NCBI GenBank assembly: GCA_963822445.1
Contig: CAWGHO010000002.1
Coordinates: 2,400,001-2,464,000 of the forward strand
Length of the DNA stretch: 64,000 bases
Direction of reading: 5' to 3'
Origin: an uncultured Acidobacteriota bacterium
GTDB lineage: Bacteria > Acidobacteriota > Thermoanaerobaculia > Gp7-AA8
The notes under the pieces are model-generated. The model made no database searches. It had not been told where the DNA came from and saw only the letters and a list, made by a program, of their open reading frames with translations. Below are positions 10,101-18,148 of this stretch, piece after piece. A program made the translations under genes and the position numbers. Numbering within the stretch: the first letter of the stretch is position 1; every line of letters starts with the position of its first letter.

Positions 10101-11443
10101 TGAGCGTCGAAAGCGTCACCGTGCCCGAGGGCGACGAGGGGCTGCGCGAAGTGATTCTTCGCGTGACCATCAGCCGCCGGGCCAGCATCCCGATCACTGT
10201 CAACTGGTCCTCCCACGGGCAATCGACCAACGCATCGGGCACGCTGACCTTCCTCCCGGGCGGACCGCTCACGCAGACCATTTCCGTTCGCGTCCAGGGT
10301 GATCGAATTTCGGAGGACGATGGGGGGATCGAGGTCGTCCTGCGCGCCGAAGGGGTCGTGCTGCCGCCGACGGTCACCGGGCGCGTGACCATCAAGGATG
10401 ATGACTTCGCCACGTTGTCGATCGTCGATACGACAGTGAGCGAATCGCGGAACAGCGTGACTCTGCTGCTCGTGTCGAGCGGCCCGAGCCAAAAGGACAT
10501 CGCGATCACCTACACGACCGTCGCCGGCACGGCCACGGCAGGGGAAGACTTCACGACCACCACCCGCACGCTGACGATCGACAGCTTCGCCGCGGTGACG
10601 GTTCCGATCGTCGCCGACAGCGCGGCGGAGGGACTCGAGACGTTCACGATCGTCCTGTCCGACGTGAAGGGCGCGCGGATTCAGCGCGGCACGGCCACGG
10701 TGACGATCCTCGACGACGACTCGGCAGCGCTGCCCGTCCTCCGCGCGGACCCGGTAACGGTGCAGGAGTCGGGCGATGGCGTGGCGGTGTTCCGGGTCTA
10801 TCTGTCGTTCCCGGCGCGGACCGAGGTGAGCGTGCGCGCGAGAGCCATCGCGGGAACGGCGGCGGAGCGGCTCGACTTCGAGGCCTACGACCGGACGCTG
10901 GTCATTCCGGCTGGACAGACGGAGTCGGTCGTTGGGGTGAAGATCGTCAAAGATTTCGACGTCGACCCCTCGGAGACGTTCGAGCTGGCGTTGTCCGACG
11001 TGGTGGGCGCGACGATCGGCACGCCGAGCGCCACAGCGACGATCGTCGACGACGACCTACGCTTCGATCCGAACGCGGTGGCGATCGAAGTGGCTGGCGC
11101 GCCGGTGACCGAGGGAACGGGCGGCACGACCCCGGCCCGCTTCAGTGTGCGCCTGTCCCGCGCAGGCTCGGTTCCGGTCACCGTGCAGTACGCCACGACG
11201 GACGGCGATGCGACGGCACCCGCGGACTATGCTCCTCTGTCCGGAACGATGACGTTCGCACCCGGCGAGACGGTGAAGTTCATCGACGTGAATATCAACG
11301 CCGACACGAGCGCGGAGCCGGACGAGACGTTCCGTTTAGTGGTAGGGAATGCGACGAATGCGACGATCCGCGTACCCGCCGCGGTCTGTCGCGTGATCAA
11401 CGACGACACGGCCCCGGAGAAGGGGCGAGCGGTGCGGCACTAG
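7196..11443 (+). CDS. Large secreted adhesin-like protein: autotransporter-associated beta-strand repeat, Ig-like, IPT/TIG and five Calx-beta domains
   Basis: 1415 aa; signal peptide; LTKVGSGVVIFSG..NTWSGLTRVLDGTL; ITFREGTTVLGTA; five repeats ending (V/I)TI.DD(D), most with DGTA.AG.D(Y/F); ends KGRAVRH. Confidence 0.85.
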   Translation: MNLRWLLALCVLVFSVSAKAGMHVWTGAANDRFSDAGNWIGGSPAGDAEAELVFPAGPERVVLTNDITGLTVRTISFSGVAYAIGGSPITLTGGAEVFDTTSGPNAIACDVHLAGGATFLSDHWTNYSFNTPSGLEFSGVIGGTGPLTKVGSGVVIFSGSRPNTWSGLTRVLDGTLRLAKEPGVNAVPGDVNVSGTGFNGQDGTLAVAAAHQIPDTAAIRVGGQARFLIEADEIVGPLEVEGNAEVNGRLILTNDVTVLDGSSSSEVRLWGFALSGIRTIRMLGSTSVSIYRISDHTPGSGLILRTEGGAPRSLNIDATYFGPTIIDIDGSVRLVNRNTAVRLRRGTFQGNVASLAAEGGTVDGTSGGVTTTGDLRVHAAATMKLAADQSVVSVGGVLDLRRAKLALDYYQSVTRTLGATYAAVRNTGPDPVSGTFADVPEGTILSDRFRISYRGNDGNDITMTDVGKFASSTRLEYEPTYLEGGRPVTLVATVTIPQFGGTPTGTITFREGTTVLGTAPFSYRSSITIQPERGMHTYTATFESPDSSIKPSTGTVQVPVPAIRAELDSVEPMEVTSGTTVELILRGSGFLPGGEVVIDSKELPSTFISPSEVRATWNVYHVDFDAWAAVMYRQPGPGAVPSPQVQVRIRKVVDPYALLFEPSAVSGRVTPGGNAVWFSTAYLGGGTYASHAEIMSDSDGDGVVRWAQVNGIPSVSLWLLIDTITAKVSGGRPNGSPAQRSSFPTAMFLRDEQGRHTYAYLCAGFETHVLWIRPNQGAWFLSGFDGSNADIAEGRNGCWMFRASQMYDIIGSPSSPPQAFERGDIVVGIERTFDFTSWFGDRIDQHLAESDGPGTIAFGERTEVGFTDEGATQRMPLLRTGGTDGQVSVDYTTVDGTAKAGLHYVPASGRVTFGPGEVQKFIEVRLLNAGDYAGGARFKVVLQNPARAAMGDVRERVITINDHDEAPMLSVESVTVPEGDEGLREVILRVTISRRASIPITVNWSSHGQSTNASGTLTFLPGGPLTQTISVRVQGDRISEDDGGIEVVLRAEGVVLPPTVTGRVTIKDDDFATLSIVDTTVSESRNSVTLLLVSSGPSQKDIAITYTTVAGTATAGEDFTTTTRTLTIDSFAAVTVPIVADSAAEGLETFTIVLSDVKGARIQRGTATVTILDDDSAALPVLRADPVTVQESGDGVAVFRVYLSFPARTEVSVRARAIAGTAAERLDFEAYDRTLVIPAGQTESVVGVKIVKDFDVDPSETFELALSDVVGATIGTPSATATIVDDDLRFDPNAVAIEVAGAPVTEGTGGTTPARFSVRLSRAGSVPVTVQYATTDGDATAPADYAPLSGTMTFAPGETVKFIDVNINADTSAEPDETFRLVVGNATNATIRVPAAVCRVINDDTAPEKGRAVRH

Positions 11444-11493
11444 GTCAGTACGCAAACGAAAAGGCTCGCCATCTGGCGAGCCTTTTCATTTGC
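11436..11493 (+). repeat. Direct repeat copy 2 with terminator; contains the stop codon of the Calx-beta gene
   Basis: GGCACTAGGTCAGTACGCAAACGAAAAGGCTCGCCATCTGGCGAGCCTTTTCATTTGC. Confidence 0.9.
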
Positions 11494-11497
11494 TCGC

Positions 11498-11590
11498 GGC
11501 AGGCAGTGGGCAGTAGGCGGGGGAACGACGCCATCATTTCCGTGGATGGGCGGCGGCCCCCTGCCTACCGCCCACTGCCTACTGCCTACC
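11498..11590. repeat. Inverted heptamer tandem arrays (GGCAGTR / CTGCCTA)
   Basis: ggcagtg-ggcagta-ggcgggg ... ctgccta-ccgccca-ctgccta-ctgccta; the last unit supplies the TAG of the minus-strand gene. Confidence 0.8.
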
Positions 11591-11906
11591 GTTCTCTGAT
11601 GCGCCGGTCGTACTCCGCCGCCCGGTCCAGAAACGACTCGATGCTCCGGCCCAGCCCCAGCTTCTCGGTCAAATCGCTGGACTTGTCGAAATCCGCCCGC
11701 AGCCGCGTCGCCTCGGCCAGGTAGTAATCGCGAAGGCCGTTTTCCACCTGAAACTCCGGATACTTCTCCGCCAGCGTGCGCATCCACTCCTCGACCTGCC
11801 GTCTGCGGTCCTTGTCGCCGGCGCCGCTCTTGAGCTCGGACAGGAGGTTCGTGACCACGCCGGAGAGGATCTGCATTCGCTGCTGCTGCACTTCGTCGGT
11901 TGACAT
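11586..11906 (-). CDS. Hypothetical helical protein (106 aa)
   Basis: MSTDEVQQQRMQILSG...RRIRER; C-terminal part of ORF 11586-13103 (the rest is antisense to accC); TAAACT 7 nt before ATG. Confidence 0.7.
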   Translation of the reverse strand: MSTDEVQQQRMQILSGVVTNLLSELKSGAGDKDRRRQVEEWMRTLAEKYPEFQVENGLRDYYLAEATRLRADFDKSSDLTEKLGLGRSIESFLDRAAEYDRRIRER

Positions 11907-11913
11907 GCGCGCG

Positions 11914-11923
11914 AGTTTACAAT
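11914..11923. promoter_or_regulatory. Putative bidirectional overlapping -10 elements
   Basis: AGTTTACAAT = TAAACT (-) and TACAAT (+) sharing the central TA, in a 27 bp divergent gap. Confidence 0.55.
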
Positions 11924-11933
11924 GCGCGGCGGC

Positions 11934-13430
11934 ATGAAGGTCCTCATCGCGAATCGTGGCGAGATCGCCGTCCGCGTGATCCGCGCCTGTCGCGAGATGG
12001 GCTATCCCACCGTGGCCGTCTACTCCGAGCCCGACCGCTCGGCGATGCACGTCGTTTACGCCGATCAGGCCATGCCCGTCGGCCCGGCACCGTCGCGCGA
12101 AAGCTACCTGCGCATCGACCGCATTCTCGAGGCGGCGAAAAAGACCGGCGCCGACGCGATCCACCCCGGCTACGGATTCCTCGCCGAGAACGCCGAATTC
12201 GCGCGCGCTTGCCGCGACGCCGGGATCATCTTCATCGGTCCCTCGCCGGAATCGATCGAAGCCATGGGCTCGAAGACGGAGAGCCGCCAGCGGATGAAAG
12301 CCGCGGGCGTCCCGGTCGTGCCCGGGCTCACCGAGCCCGTGAAGTCGTTCGATGAGATCGAGGCCTTCGCCAAAGAGGCCGGCTTCCCGATCATGATCAA
12401 AGCCAGCGCGGGCGGTGGAGGCAAAGGCCTGCGTTTCGTCGATCGCGAGGAAGACCTGCGGCCGGCATTCGAGCGGGTCACCAGCGAGGCCGAGTCGTTC
12501 TTCGGCGACGGCGCCGTTTACGCGGAGAAGTTCATCGCCTCGCCGCGTCATATCGAAGTGCAAATCGTCGGCGATCAGCTCGGGAACATCGTCCACGTCG
12601 GCGAGCGCGAATGCACGCTGCAGCGGCGGCACCAGAAGGTCGTCGAGGAGTGCCCGTCCCCCGTCGTCGACGTCGAATTGCGCGCACGCCTCGGGGCAAT
12701 GGCAGTGAAGGCCGCGGCGGCCGTCAATTACTACTCCACCGGCACCATCGAATGTCTGATGGGACCCGATCGCGAGTTCTATTTTCTGGAGATGAACACG
12801 CGGCTGCAGGTCGAGCATCCGGTCACGGAGATGGTCTGGAACGTCGACCTCGTGAAAGAGCAGTTGCGCGTCGCCCAGGGCCAGCCGCTCTCGTTCAGGC
12901 AGGAAGATCTTCGTCCGCTGGGGCACGCCATCGAATGCCGCATTTACGCGGAGGATCCGGCCCGCAAATTCGCGCCTTCGCCGGGGCTCGTTCGCTACCT
13001 CAACCTGCCGCAGGGGCCGGGCATCCGCAACGACAACGGCATCTACGCCGGATACACGGTGCCGGTCTACTACGACCCGATGCTCTCCAAGCTCATCGCT
13101 CACGCCAACTCGCGCGAGGAGGCGATCGCCCGCATGCGCCGTGCGCTGCTCGAGTACCGCGTCGAAGGCATCGAGACCACGATTCCTTTCTTCAGCTTCA
13201 TCATGAACAACGCCGAGTTCCAGGCGGCGACGTTCGACACGGGCTTCATCGATCGCATCCTTCCCGACATCGACTTCGACCAGCGGCCCTCATCAGAAGG
13301 TCATGTCGACGCCGCCATCGCGGCCGCGGCAATCATGGCCTTCGAAGAGTCGCAGAACGTGCAATTGCCGCAGGAGGGCCCTTCGCGCTGGCGTGATGCG
13401 GCGCGGAAGGAAGGAGTGTCGCGGCTTTGA
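11934..13430 (+). CDS. accC: Biotin carboxylase (acetyl/propionyl-CoA carboxylase)
   Basis: KVLIANRGEIA, HPGYGFLAEN, GGGGKG, QRRHQK, EMNTRLQVEH, YYDPM. Confidence 0.95.
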   Translation: MKVLIANRGEIAVRVIRACREMGYPTVAVYSEPDRSAMHVVYADQAMPVGPAPSRESYLRIDRILEAAKKTGADAIHPGYGFLAENAEFARACRDAGIIFIGPSPESIEAMGSKTESRQRMKAAGVPVVPGLTEPVKSFDEIEAFAKEAGFPIMIKASAGGGGKGLRFVDREEDLRPAFERVTSEAESFFGDGAVYAEKFIASPRHIEVQIVGDQLGNIVHVGERECTLQRRHQKVVEECPSPVVDVELRARLGAMAVKAAAAVNYYSTGTIECLMGPDREFYFLEMNTRLQVEHPVTEMVWNVDLVKEQLRVAQGQPLSFRQEDLRPLGHAIECRIYAEDPARKFAPSPGLVRYLNLPQGPGIRNDNGIYAGYTVPVYYDPMLSKLIAHANSREEAIARMRRALLEYRVEGIETTIPFFSFIMNNAEFQAATFDTGFIDRILPDIDFDQRPSSEGHVDAAIAAAAIMAFEESQNVQLPQEGPSRWRDAARKEGVSRL

Positions 13431-13930
13431 AATTCATCGCCCGCGAAGGGGACCGCGAGATCCCGGTCGAAGTCACGCGGCACGGCAGCGGCTATCGCGT
13501 CTGCATCGGCGATCGCTGCATGGACGCCGATCTCGTGGAGATGGGCCGATACGTCCGCTCGCTCCGGCTCGAAGACGGCACGCAGTTCTCGCTGGTCGAT
13601 CACCGCGAAGGAAACATGCACGAGATCTCCTTCGGCAACGCGACCGTGCGCGTGGAGATGGTCGATCCGCTCGCCGCTCGCCGCAAACGCCGCGAGGACG
13701 AGATCAGCGGCGGCGGGGTGATCAAAGCGCTCATGCCCGGGCGGGTCGTGCGCGTCCTCGTGGCCGAGGGGGACACCGTGCGGAAGGGCGCGGGGCTGCT
13801 CATTCTCGAGGCCATGAAGATGGAGAATGAGATCCAGGCGCAGACCGACGGAGTTGTCGATCGGCTGTTCGTCGAGGCGGGTCAGACCGTGGACGCCGGT
13901 GCCGAGCTCGTCCACATCCAGCTCGTATAA
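13427..13930 (+). CDS. Biotin carboxyl carrier protein
   Basis: MPGRVV...EAMKMENEI biotinylation motif; start overlaps accC stop. Confidence 0.92.
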   Translation: MKFIAREGDREIPVEVTRHGSGYRVCIGDRCMDADLVEMGRYVRSLRLEDGTQFSLVDHREGNMHEISFGNATVRVEMVDPLAARRKRREDEISGGGVIKALMPGRVVRVLVAEGDTVRKGAGLLILEAMKMENEIQAQTDGVVDRLFVEAGQTVDAGAELVHIQLV

Positions 13931-13940
13931 TAACTTCCAC

Positions 13941-16811
13941 ATGTCCAATCAGCCCCTTGGCCCCTACGTCATCGGAGAGCGTGTCGGCACGTCGGTCTGG
14001 CTGGCCGAAGACACGCGCAACGGCAAGCGCGTCGCGCTGAAGCTCCTGAGCAAGCAGCTGCCGAAGGACGAGGGGCGCCGCGAGACGCTGATCCGCGAGG
14101 TCCGCGTCGCCGCCGCGCTGTATCACGCGTTCCTGGTGCCCATTCTCGAGATCACGGCGATCGACGACAACCTGGTGATGATCATGGAGGTCGTCGAGGG
14201 GATGTCGGTCGCGCGCAAGCTGCGCGGCCAGCCCGTCGATCGCGCGGAGTTCTTCCGCGTCGCCTACCAGCTCGCGGCGGTGCTCAAGTACCTCCACACC
14301 AAAGAGCGGCTGCACGGAAACCTGAATGGCGACGCGGTGATGATCACGCCCGAAGGTCAGGTGAAGCTCGGCGGGTTGAATCTGTCGAACCTCCTGCGCC
14401 GCGAGCGCACGTCGTCGCAGTACCAGCAGAAGGGCAGCGATGTCCGTTGCGTTTCGTACATCGCGCCGGAACAGATCTCCTCGCAGGTCATCGACGAAAA
14501 GACAGACATCTTCTCGGTCGGTGTCGTGCTGTACGAGCTGGCCACCGGCAAGCTTCCCTTCGCCGGCAACGCCGCGGCGGACATCGCTCGCGCGATCGTG
14601 GAGGGGCAGCCGATCTCCCCGAAATCGGTCAATCCCGCCATCGACAAAGACGTGATGGCCGTTCTCGGCGCGTGCCTGTTCAAGGACCCGTACAAGCGTC
14701 ACCGCGATGCCAAAGCGCTGGTCGACTCGCTCGAGCGTCTGGACAGCAGCGCGGTCGAATTCGCGATGCAGTTCGAGCGGAAGATCGCCAGCGGAGGAGC
14801 GGCCGCGGCCGAGCACCGCCGCACGATCCTCTTCCTGGCCGACGTCGCGAATTACGACGAGCTCCTGGCCGAAGATCCCGAGGCCGCCGCGAAGGCTGCT
14901 GCCCGCATGCAGCAGGTACTCGGCGAAGGCGTCTACCTCTTCGACGGTAAGGTCGTCGACCCGTTCGGGACGCGCCTCATCGCCGAGTTGCCCTCCGTCG
15001 AGAGCGCGCTCGAAGCTGGGCGCAAGGGCGAGTTCGACTTCTCGCCCGACCAGACCGTCAGCATCAGCGACCGCCTGAAAGTCCGCATGCTCCTGCATGC
15101 CGGCGAGCTCGAGATCAACGAAGGTGTCGTCTCGGGACCGGCTGTCGAGAAAGGCATTGCCGCTCTGGCGCACCTCACGCCGAACACGCTGTTCATCTCC
15201 GAAGAATTCGTGAAGGAAGGGCGTGGGCAGGTTCGGTTGCGCGATGCCGGTGCGAAGGGCGGGCTGAAGCTCTTCACGATCGTTCCCGTGGAGCCGCCCC
15301 AGGCCACGATCGACGAGCCGGAACCGACGACCGCGGATATCGAAGCCGAACTGGCCGCGGAAGCCGCGGAGCTCGCGGCCGCGCAGCGCCTCGCCCGCAG
15401 GAAGCAGCTCACGACTTTTGCGATCGCCGCGAGCGTGCTGGTGCTGATCGGCATCGCCGTGGTCCTGATGTGGGCGAAGCGCGGACCGACGGAAACCGTG
15501 AAACCTGCCGTGGCCGCGGCGCCGGCATTACCAGACCATCCGACGGCCGCCCATCCGCAGACGGTTCATCTCTCGCAATTCACCGTCGAAGTTCCCGATC
15601 CCCTCGTCGCCGAGCGCGCAAACGCCATCCGCCTCGGCGCAGCAGCGATTCTCCGCAGCTTCCCCGAGTTGCGCGTCGCCGAAACCGCCGGCCCCGACAC
15701 GCCGACGTTCTCGGCGCGCATCCGTCTCGGCGCAACCGGCGCGGAGCTCGTCCCCGTCGCTGCCGGAAAATCCGGACCGGCAGTGCCGCTCCTCGACTCG
15801 GCGAGCGGCATTCGCACTCTCGTCCAGTTCGTGATCGCCGAAGTGAAAGCACAACCGCGGACGTATGCGGCCGCGGACGCGCTGAACTCTTTCGCAGACG
15901 CCTTGCTCGCCCGCTCGCTGAACGACACGACCCGCGCCGACGCTTCTCTGCGCGCGGCGATGCAGTCCGATCCCCGATTCCTGCCGGCGCAGCTCACGGC
16001 GATGGAGTTCTTCGCTCTCAACGGCCAGGAAGAGGATGCGATCGCCGCGGCGAAGCAGGTCGTGGCGCTCGATCCGGCGAACATCGGAGCCGCCCGAAAA
16101 GTCGCGCGAGCAAGCCTGATCCTCGGCGATCTCCAGCAGTCCTTCGCCCTGTACCAGCTGGTGCTCGATCGCGAGCCGAATGATGCCGAGGCGCTGAATC
16201 TCGTCGCACGGTATTCGCTGGCGACGGGGAACACGGCACAGTTCAACACGATGCTTTCGCGGCTGCAGAAAGTTCCGCCGCTGCAGGTCACCGCGCACGC
16301 ACCCGACGCACTCGCCGCCTCCGGAAGACTGAGCACTGCCGTCGATCGCTACTACGACGTGCCCGCCGATCGCCGCGCCAGTCCGGCACTGGCGCTCAAG
16401 ATCGGCCGGCTCACCGTCCTTCGTCACTCGATGCCGCTGGCCGAGGATGAGCTGAAGCGGCTCGCGCAATCCGATCCGCTTTACGGCTACCACATGCTCA
16501 AGGCCTACATGGCCGCCGAGAATCGCAATCGCGACGAAGCGGTGAGGGAGTTGGAGCTCGCACTCAAGGCCGCGCTTCCGGGTGACGACTCCTGGACCTC
16601 CGCTGCCGAGGTTTACGCGATCCTGAACGACACCAGCGGTGTGATCGCCTCGCTGGAAAAGGCGGCGCAGCGCAAAGAGCCGACGTCCGCGTACATCCTC
16701 GCCAATCCGCTCTTCAAGTACCTGGAGAACGACGCGCGGTTCGCGAAGCTGCAGACGAAGCTCACCGAGCAGCAGGCGGAGATCAAAACCGCGCTCGCGC
16801 AGGTGAAGTAG
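13941..16811 (+). CDS. Ser/Thr kinase-like + class III cyclase-like + TM + TPR-like receptor; both catalytic domains degenerate
   Basis: VALK, YIAPEQ, TDIFSVGVVLYELATG; RRTILFLADV...RMLLHAG; TM FAIAASVLVLIGIAVVLMW; TPR-like ALDPAN/REPNDAEA; TATAAT 9 nt before ATG13941. Confidence 0.8.
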   Translation: MSNQPLGPYVIGERVGTSVWLAEDTRNGKRVALKLLSKQLPKDEGRRETLIREVRVAAALYHAFLVPILEITAIDDNLVMIMEVVEGMSVARKLRGQPVDRAEFFRVAYQLAAVLKYLHTKERLHGNLNGDAVMITPEGQVKLGGLNLSNLLRRERTSSQYQQKGSDVRCVSYIAPEQISSQVIDEKTDIFSVGVVLYELATGKLPFAGNAAADIARAIVEGQPISPKSVNPAIDKDVMAVLGACLFKDPYKRHRDAKALVDSLERLDSSAVEFAMQFERKIASGGAAAAEHRRTILFLADVANYDELLAEDPEAAAKAAARMQQVLGEGVYLFDGKVVDPFGTRLIAELPSVESALEAGRKGEFDFSPDQTVSISDRLKVRMLLHAGELEINEGVVSGPAVEKGIAALAHLTPNTLFISEEFVKEGRGQVRLRDAGAKGGLKLFTIVPVEPPQATIDEPEPTTADIEAELAAEAAELAAAQRLARRKQLTTFAIAASVLVLIGIAVVLMWAKRGPTETVKPAVAAAPALPDHPTAAHPQTVHLSQFTVEVPDPLVAERANAIRLGAAAILRSFPELRVAETAGPDTPTFSARIRLGATGAELVPVAAGKSGPAVPLLDSASGIRTLVQFVIAEVKAQPRTYAAADALNSFADALLARSLNDTTRADASLRAAMQSDPRFLPAQLTAMEFFALNGQEEDAIAAAKQVVALDPANIGAARKVARASLILGDLQQSFALYQLVLDREPNDAEALNLVARYSLATGNTAQFNTMLSRLQKVPPLQVTAHAPDALAASGRLSTAVDRYYDVPADRRASPALALKIGRLTVLRHSMPLAEDELKRLAQSDPLYGYHMLKAYMAAENRNRDEAVRELELALKAALPGDDSWTSAAEVYAILNDTSGVIASLEKAAQRKEPTSAYILANPLFKYLENDARFAKLQTKLTEQQAEIKTALAQVK

Positions 16812-16813
16812 CG

Positions 16814-17191
16814 CTATTTCGTCGTGAACAGCACGCTGTATCGCGCGTCGACCAGTGCTCCCTTCAGGTCATAGCACCGGATCGAGACGAGGATGTCCTT
16901 TCCCGTCTCGACGAAGCTGGTGACGCTGCAGAAGGTGTTCATCGTGTTCACCGGCGTGACCTGTACGTTGCCGCCTGCCGACATCGGGCCGAGTTTCTCG
17001 AACCGGATCTGATACGTCCCTTTTGCGACTCGCGTGATCTTGATGTCACCTGCAGGATTGAACGAGTTGTTGTTGCCCGGCGAATAGCTTGGTGTGACTG
17101 GATGGGCGCCCACCGCCCACGCCGACGTCGCACCAAACGCTGGAACCGCCGCTGCCAACAGAAAGACCGCGAAGACGTACCGCTTGCTCAT
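16814..17191 (-). CDS. Small secreted hypothetical protein
   Basis: 125 aa, signal peptide, GGAGG RBS, Cys pair. Confidence 0.75.
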   Translation of the reverse strand: MSKRYVFAVFLLAAAVPAFGATSAWAVGAHPVTPSYSPGNNNSFNPAGDIKITRVAKGTYQIRFEKLGPMSAGGNVQVTPVNTMNTFCSVTSFVETGKDILVSIRCYDLKGALVDARYSVLFTTK

Positions 17192-17233
17192 TTGCTACCT
17201 CCGTTCAAGGTAGTGAGCCCGGCCGTTGATTCG

Positions 17234-17545
17234 TTACAAGTCCCTCGGCGGGGACGGCCGCCCCTGCTTGCGCCGCTCCACCGCCATCACCCGAATCGAC
17301 TCCTTGAGGTCGACGATGGCCAGCTTGACCGCGTCGCGGAACATCGGTGCGCGGAAGCGGCTCTGCAGAAGGCGGCGGCGGCCGTCGGTCAGCCGCACCG
17401 TGGAGATGGTCAGGGTGTCCTCGTCTTCGCGTGTGTAGACGAAGCCGTTGCTGACCATCGCCGACAGCGACTTCACCAACGCATCGGGAAGGAGGAAGAC
17501 GCCGTTACGGCACACGACGTACTGCGGCTCGTCTGACGGCATCAT
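17234..17545 (-). CDS. Hypothetical protein (103 aa), possible AbrB/MraZ-like fold
   Basis: MMPSDEPQYVVCRNGVFLLPDALV...; C-terminal part of ORF 17234-17890, divergent from PTPS. Confidence 0.6.
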   Translation of the reverse strand: MMPSDEPQYVVCRNGVFLLPDALVKSLSAMVSNGFVYTREDEDTLTISTVRLTDGRRRLLQSRFRAPMFRDAVKLAIVDLKESIRVMAVERRKQGRPSPPRDL

Positions 17546-17572
17546 TCGAATAGGATTACAAAAGGTGAACCA

Positions 17573-17983
17573 ATGATCGTTTCTGCAAGACTGACGTTCT
17601 CGGCAGCCCACCGTCTGCACAATCCGAACCGTGATGCGGACTGGAACCGCCGGACGTACGACAAATGCGACAACCCGGGCGGCCACGGCCACAACTACAC
17701 CCTCGAAGTGAGCGTGAAGGGGCGGATCGACCCGGAAACAGGGATGGTCATCGACCTGAAGCAGCTCAAGGACATCATGCGCGACCGCGTCGTCGATCGC
17801 GTCGATCACACCAATCTGAACGAAGACGTCGACTTCCTGCGCGGGGTGATTCCCACGGCCGAGAACCTGGCCCGCTCGTTCTGGGAGCAACTCGCCCCGG
17901 CCATTCCGCGCGGCGAGTTGTACGAGGTGTTTCTTCAGGAGACCGATCGGAATTCGGTGCGCTATCGGGGAGAGGATCAGTAG
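17573..17983 (+). CDS. 6-pyruvoyl-tetrahydropterin synthase family (COG0720)
   Basis: FSAAHRL, CDNPGGHGHNY, GMVIDL, DHTNLN, PTAENLA, ET. Confidence 0.92.
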   Translation: MIVSARLTFSAAHRLHNPNRDADWNRRTYDKCDNPGGHGHNYTLEVSVKGRIDPETGMVIDLKQLKDIMRDRVVDRVDHTNLNEDVDFLRGVIPTAENLARSFWEQLAPAIPRGELYEVFLQETDRNSVRYRGEDQ

Positions 17984-18001
17984 GTTCCGCTTGGTCCTCT
18001 C

Positions 18002-18123
18002 TTCAGTTTATCCCCGCGCGTAGACGCGGGGATCTCTCGGTTACACCGCGCGACCGTAGCCTAAACACGCGAATCGTTTGTGCACGGAGAGATCCCCGCG
18101 TCTGCGCGCGGGGATAAACTGAA
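18002..18123. repeat. REPIN/MITE-like element: 37 bp inverted repeats, each arm self-palindromic
   Basis: TTCAGTTTATCCCCGCGCGTAGACGCGGGGATCTCTC (18002-18038) matches the reverse complement of 18087-18123 at 36/37. Confidence 0.85.
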
Positions 18124-18148
18124 AAAGCAGCGATAAACTGCAAAACAA

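Noticed and set aside
7196-11443. Classical autotransporter or prophage/integrative element
   Set aside because: No C-terminal beta-barrel or terminal aromatic residue; no integrase, transposase or phage genes anywhere in the window
17573-17983. queD gene symbol or preQ1 riboswitch
   Set aside because: The motif is C-x5-HGH, no que genes are nearby, and the 27 bp upstream gap leaves no room for a riboswitch
18002-18123. CRISPR array (arms resemble type I-E repeats)
   Set aside because: Only two copies, in inverted orientation, with no cas genes or leader
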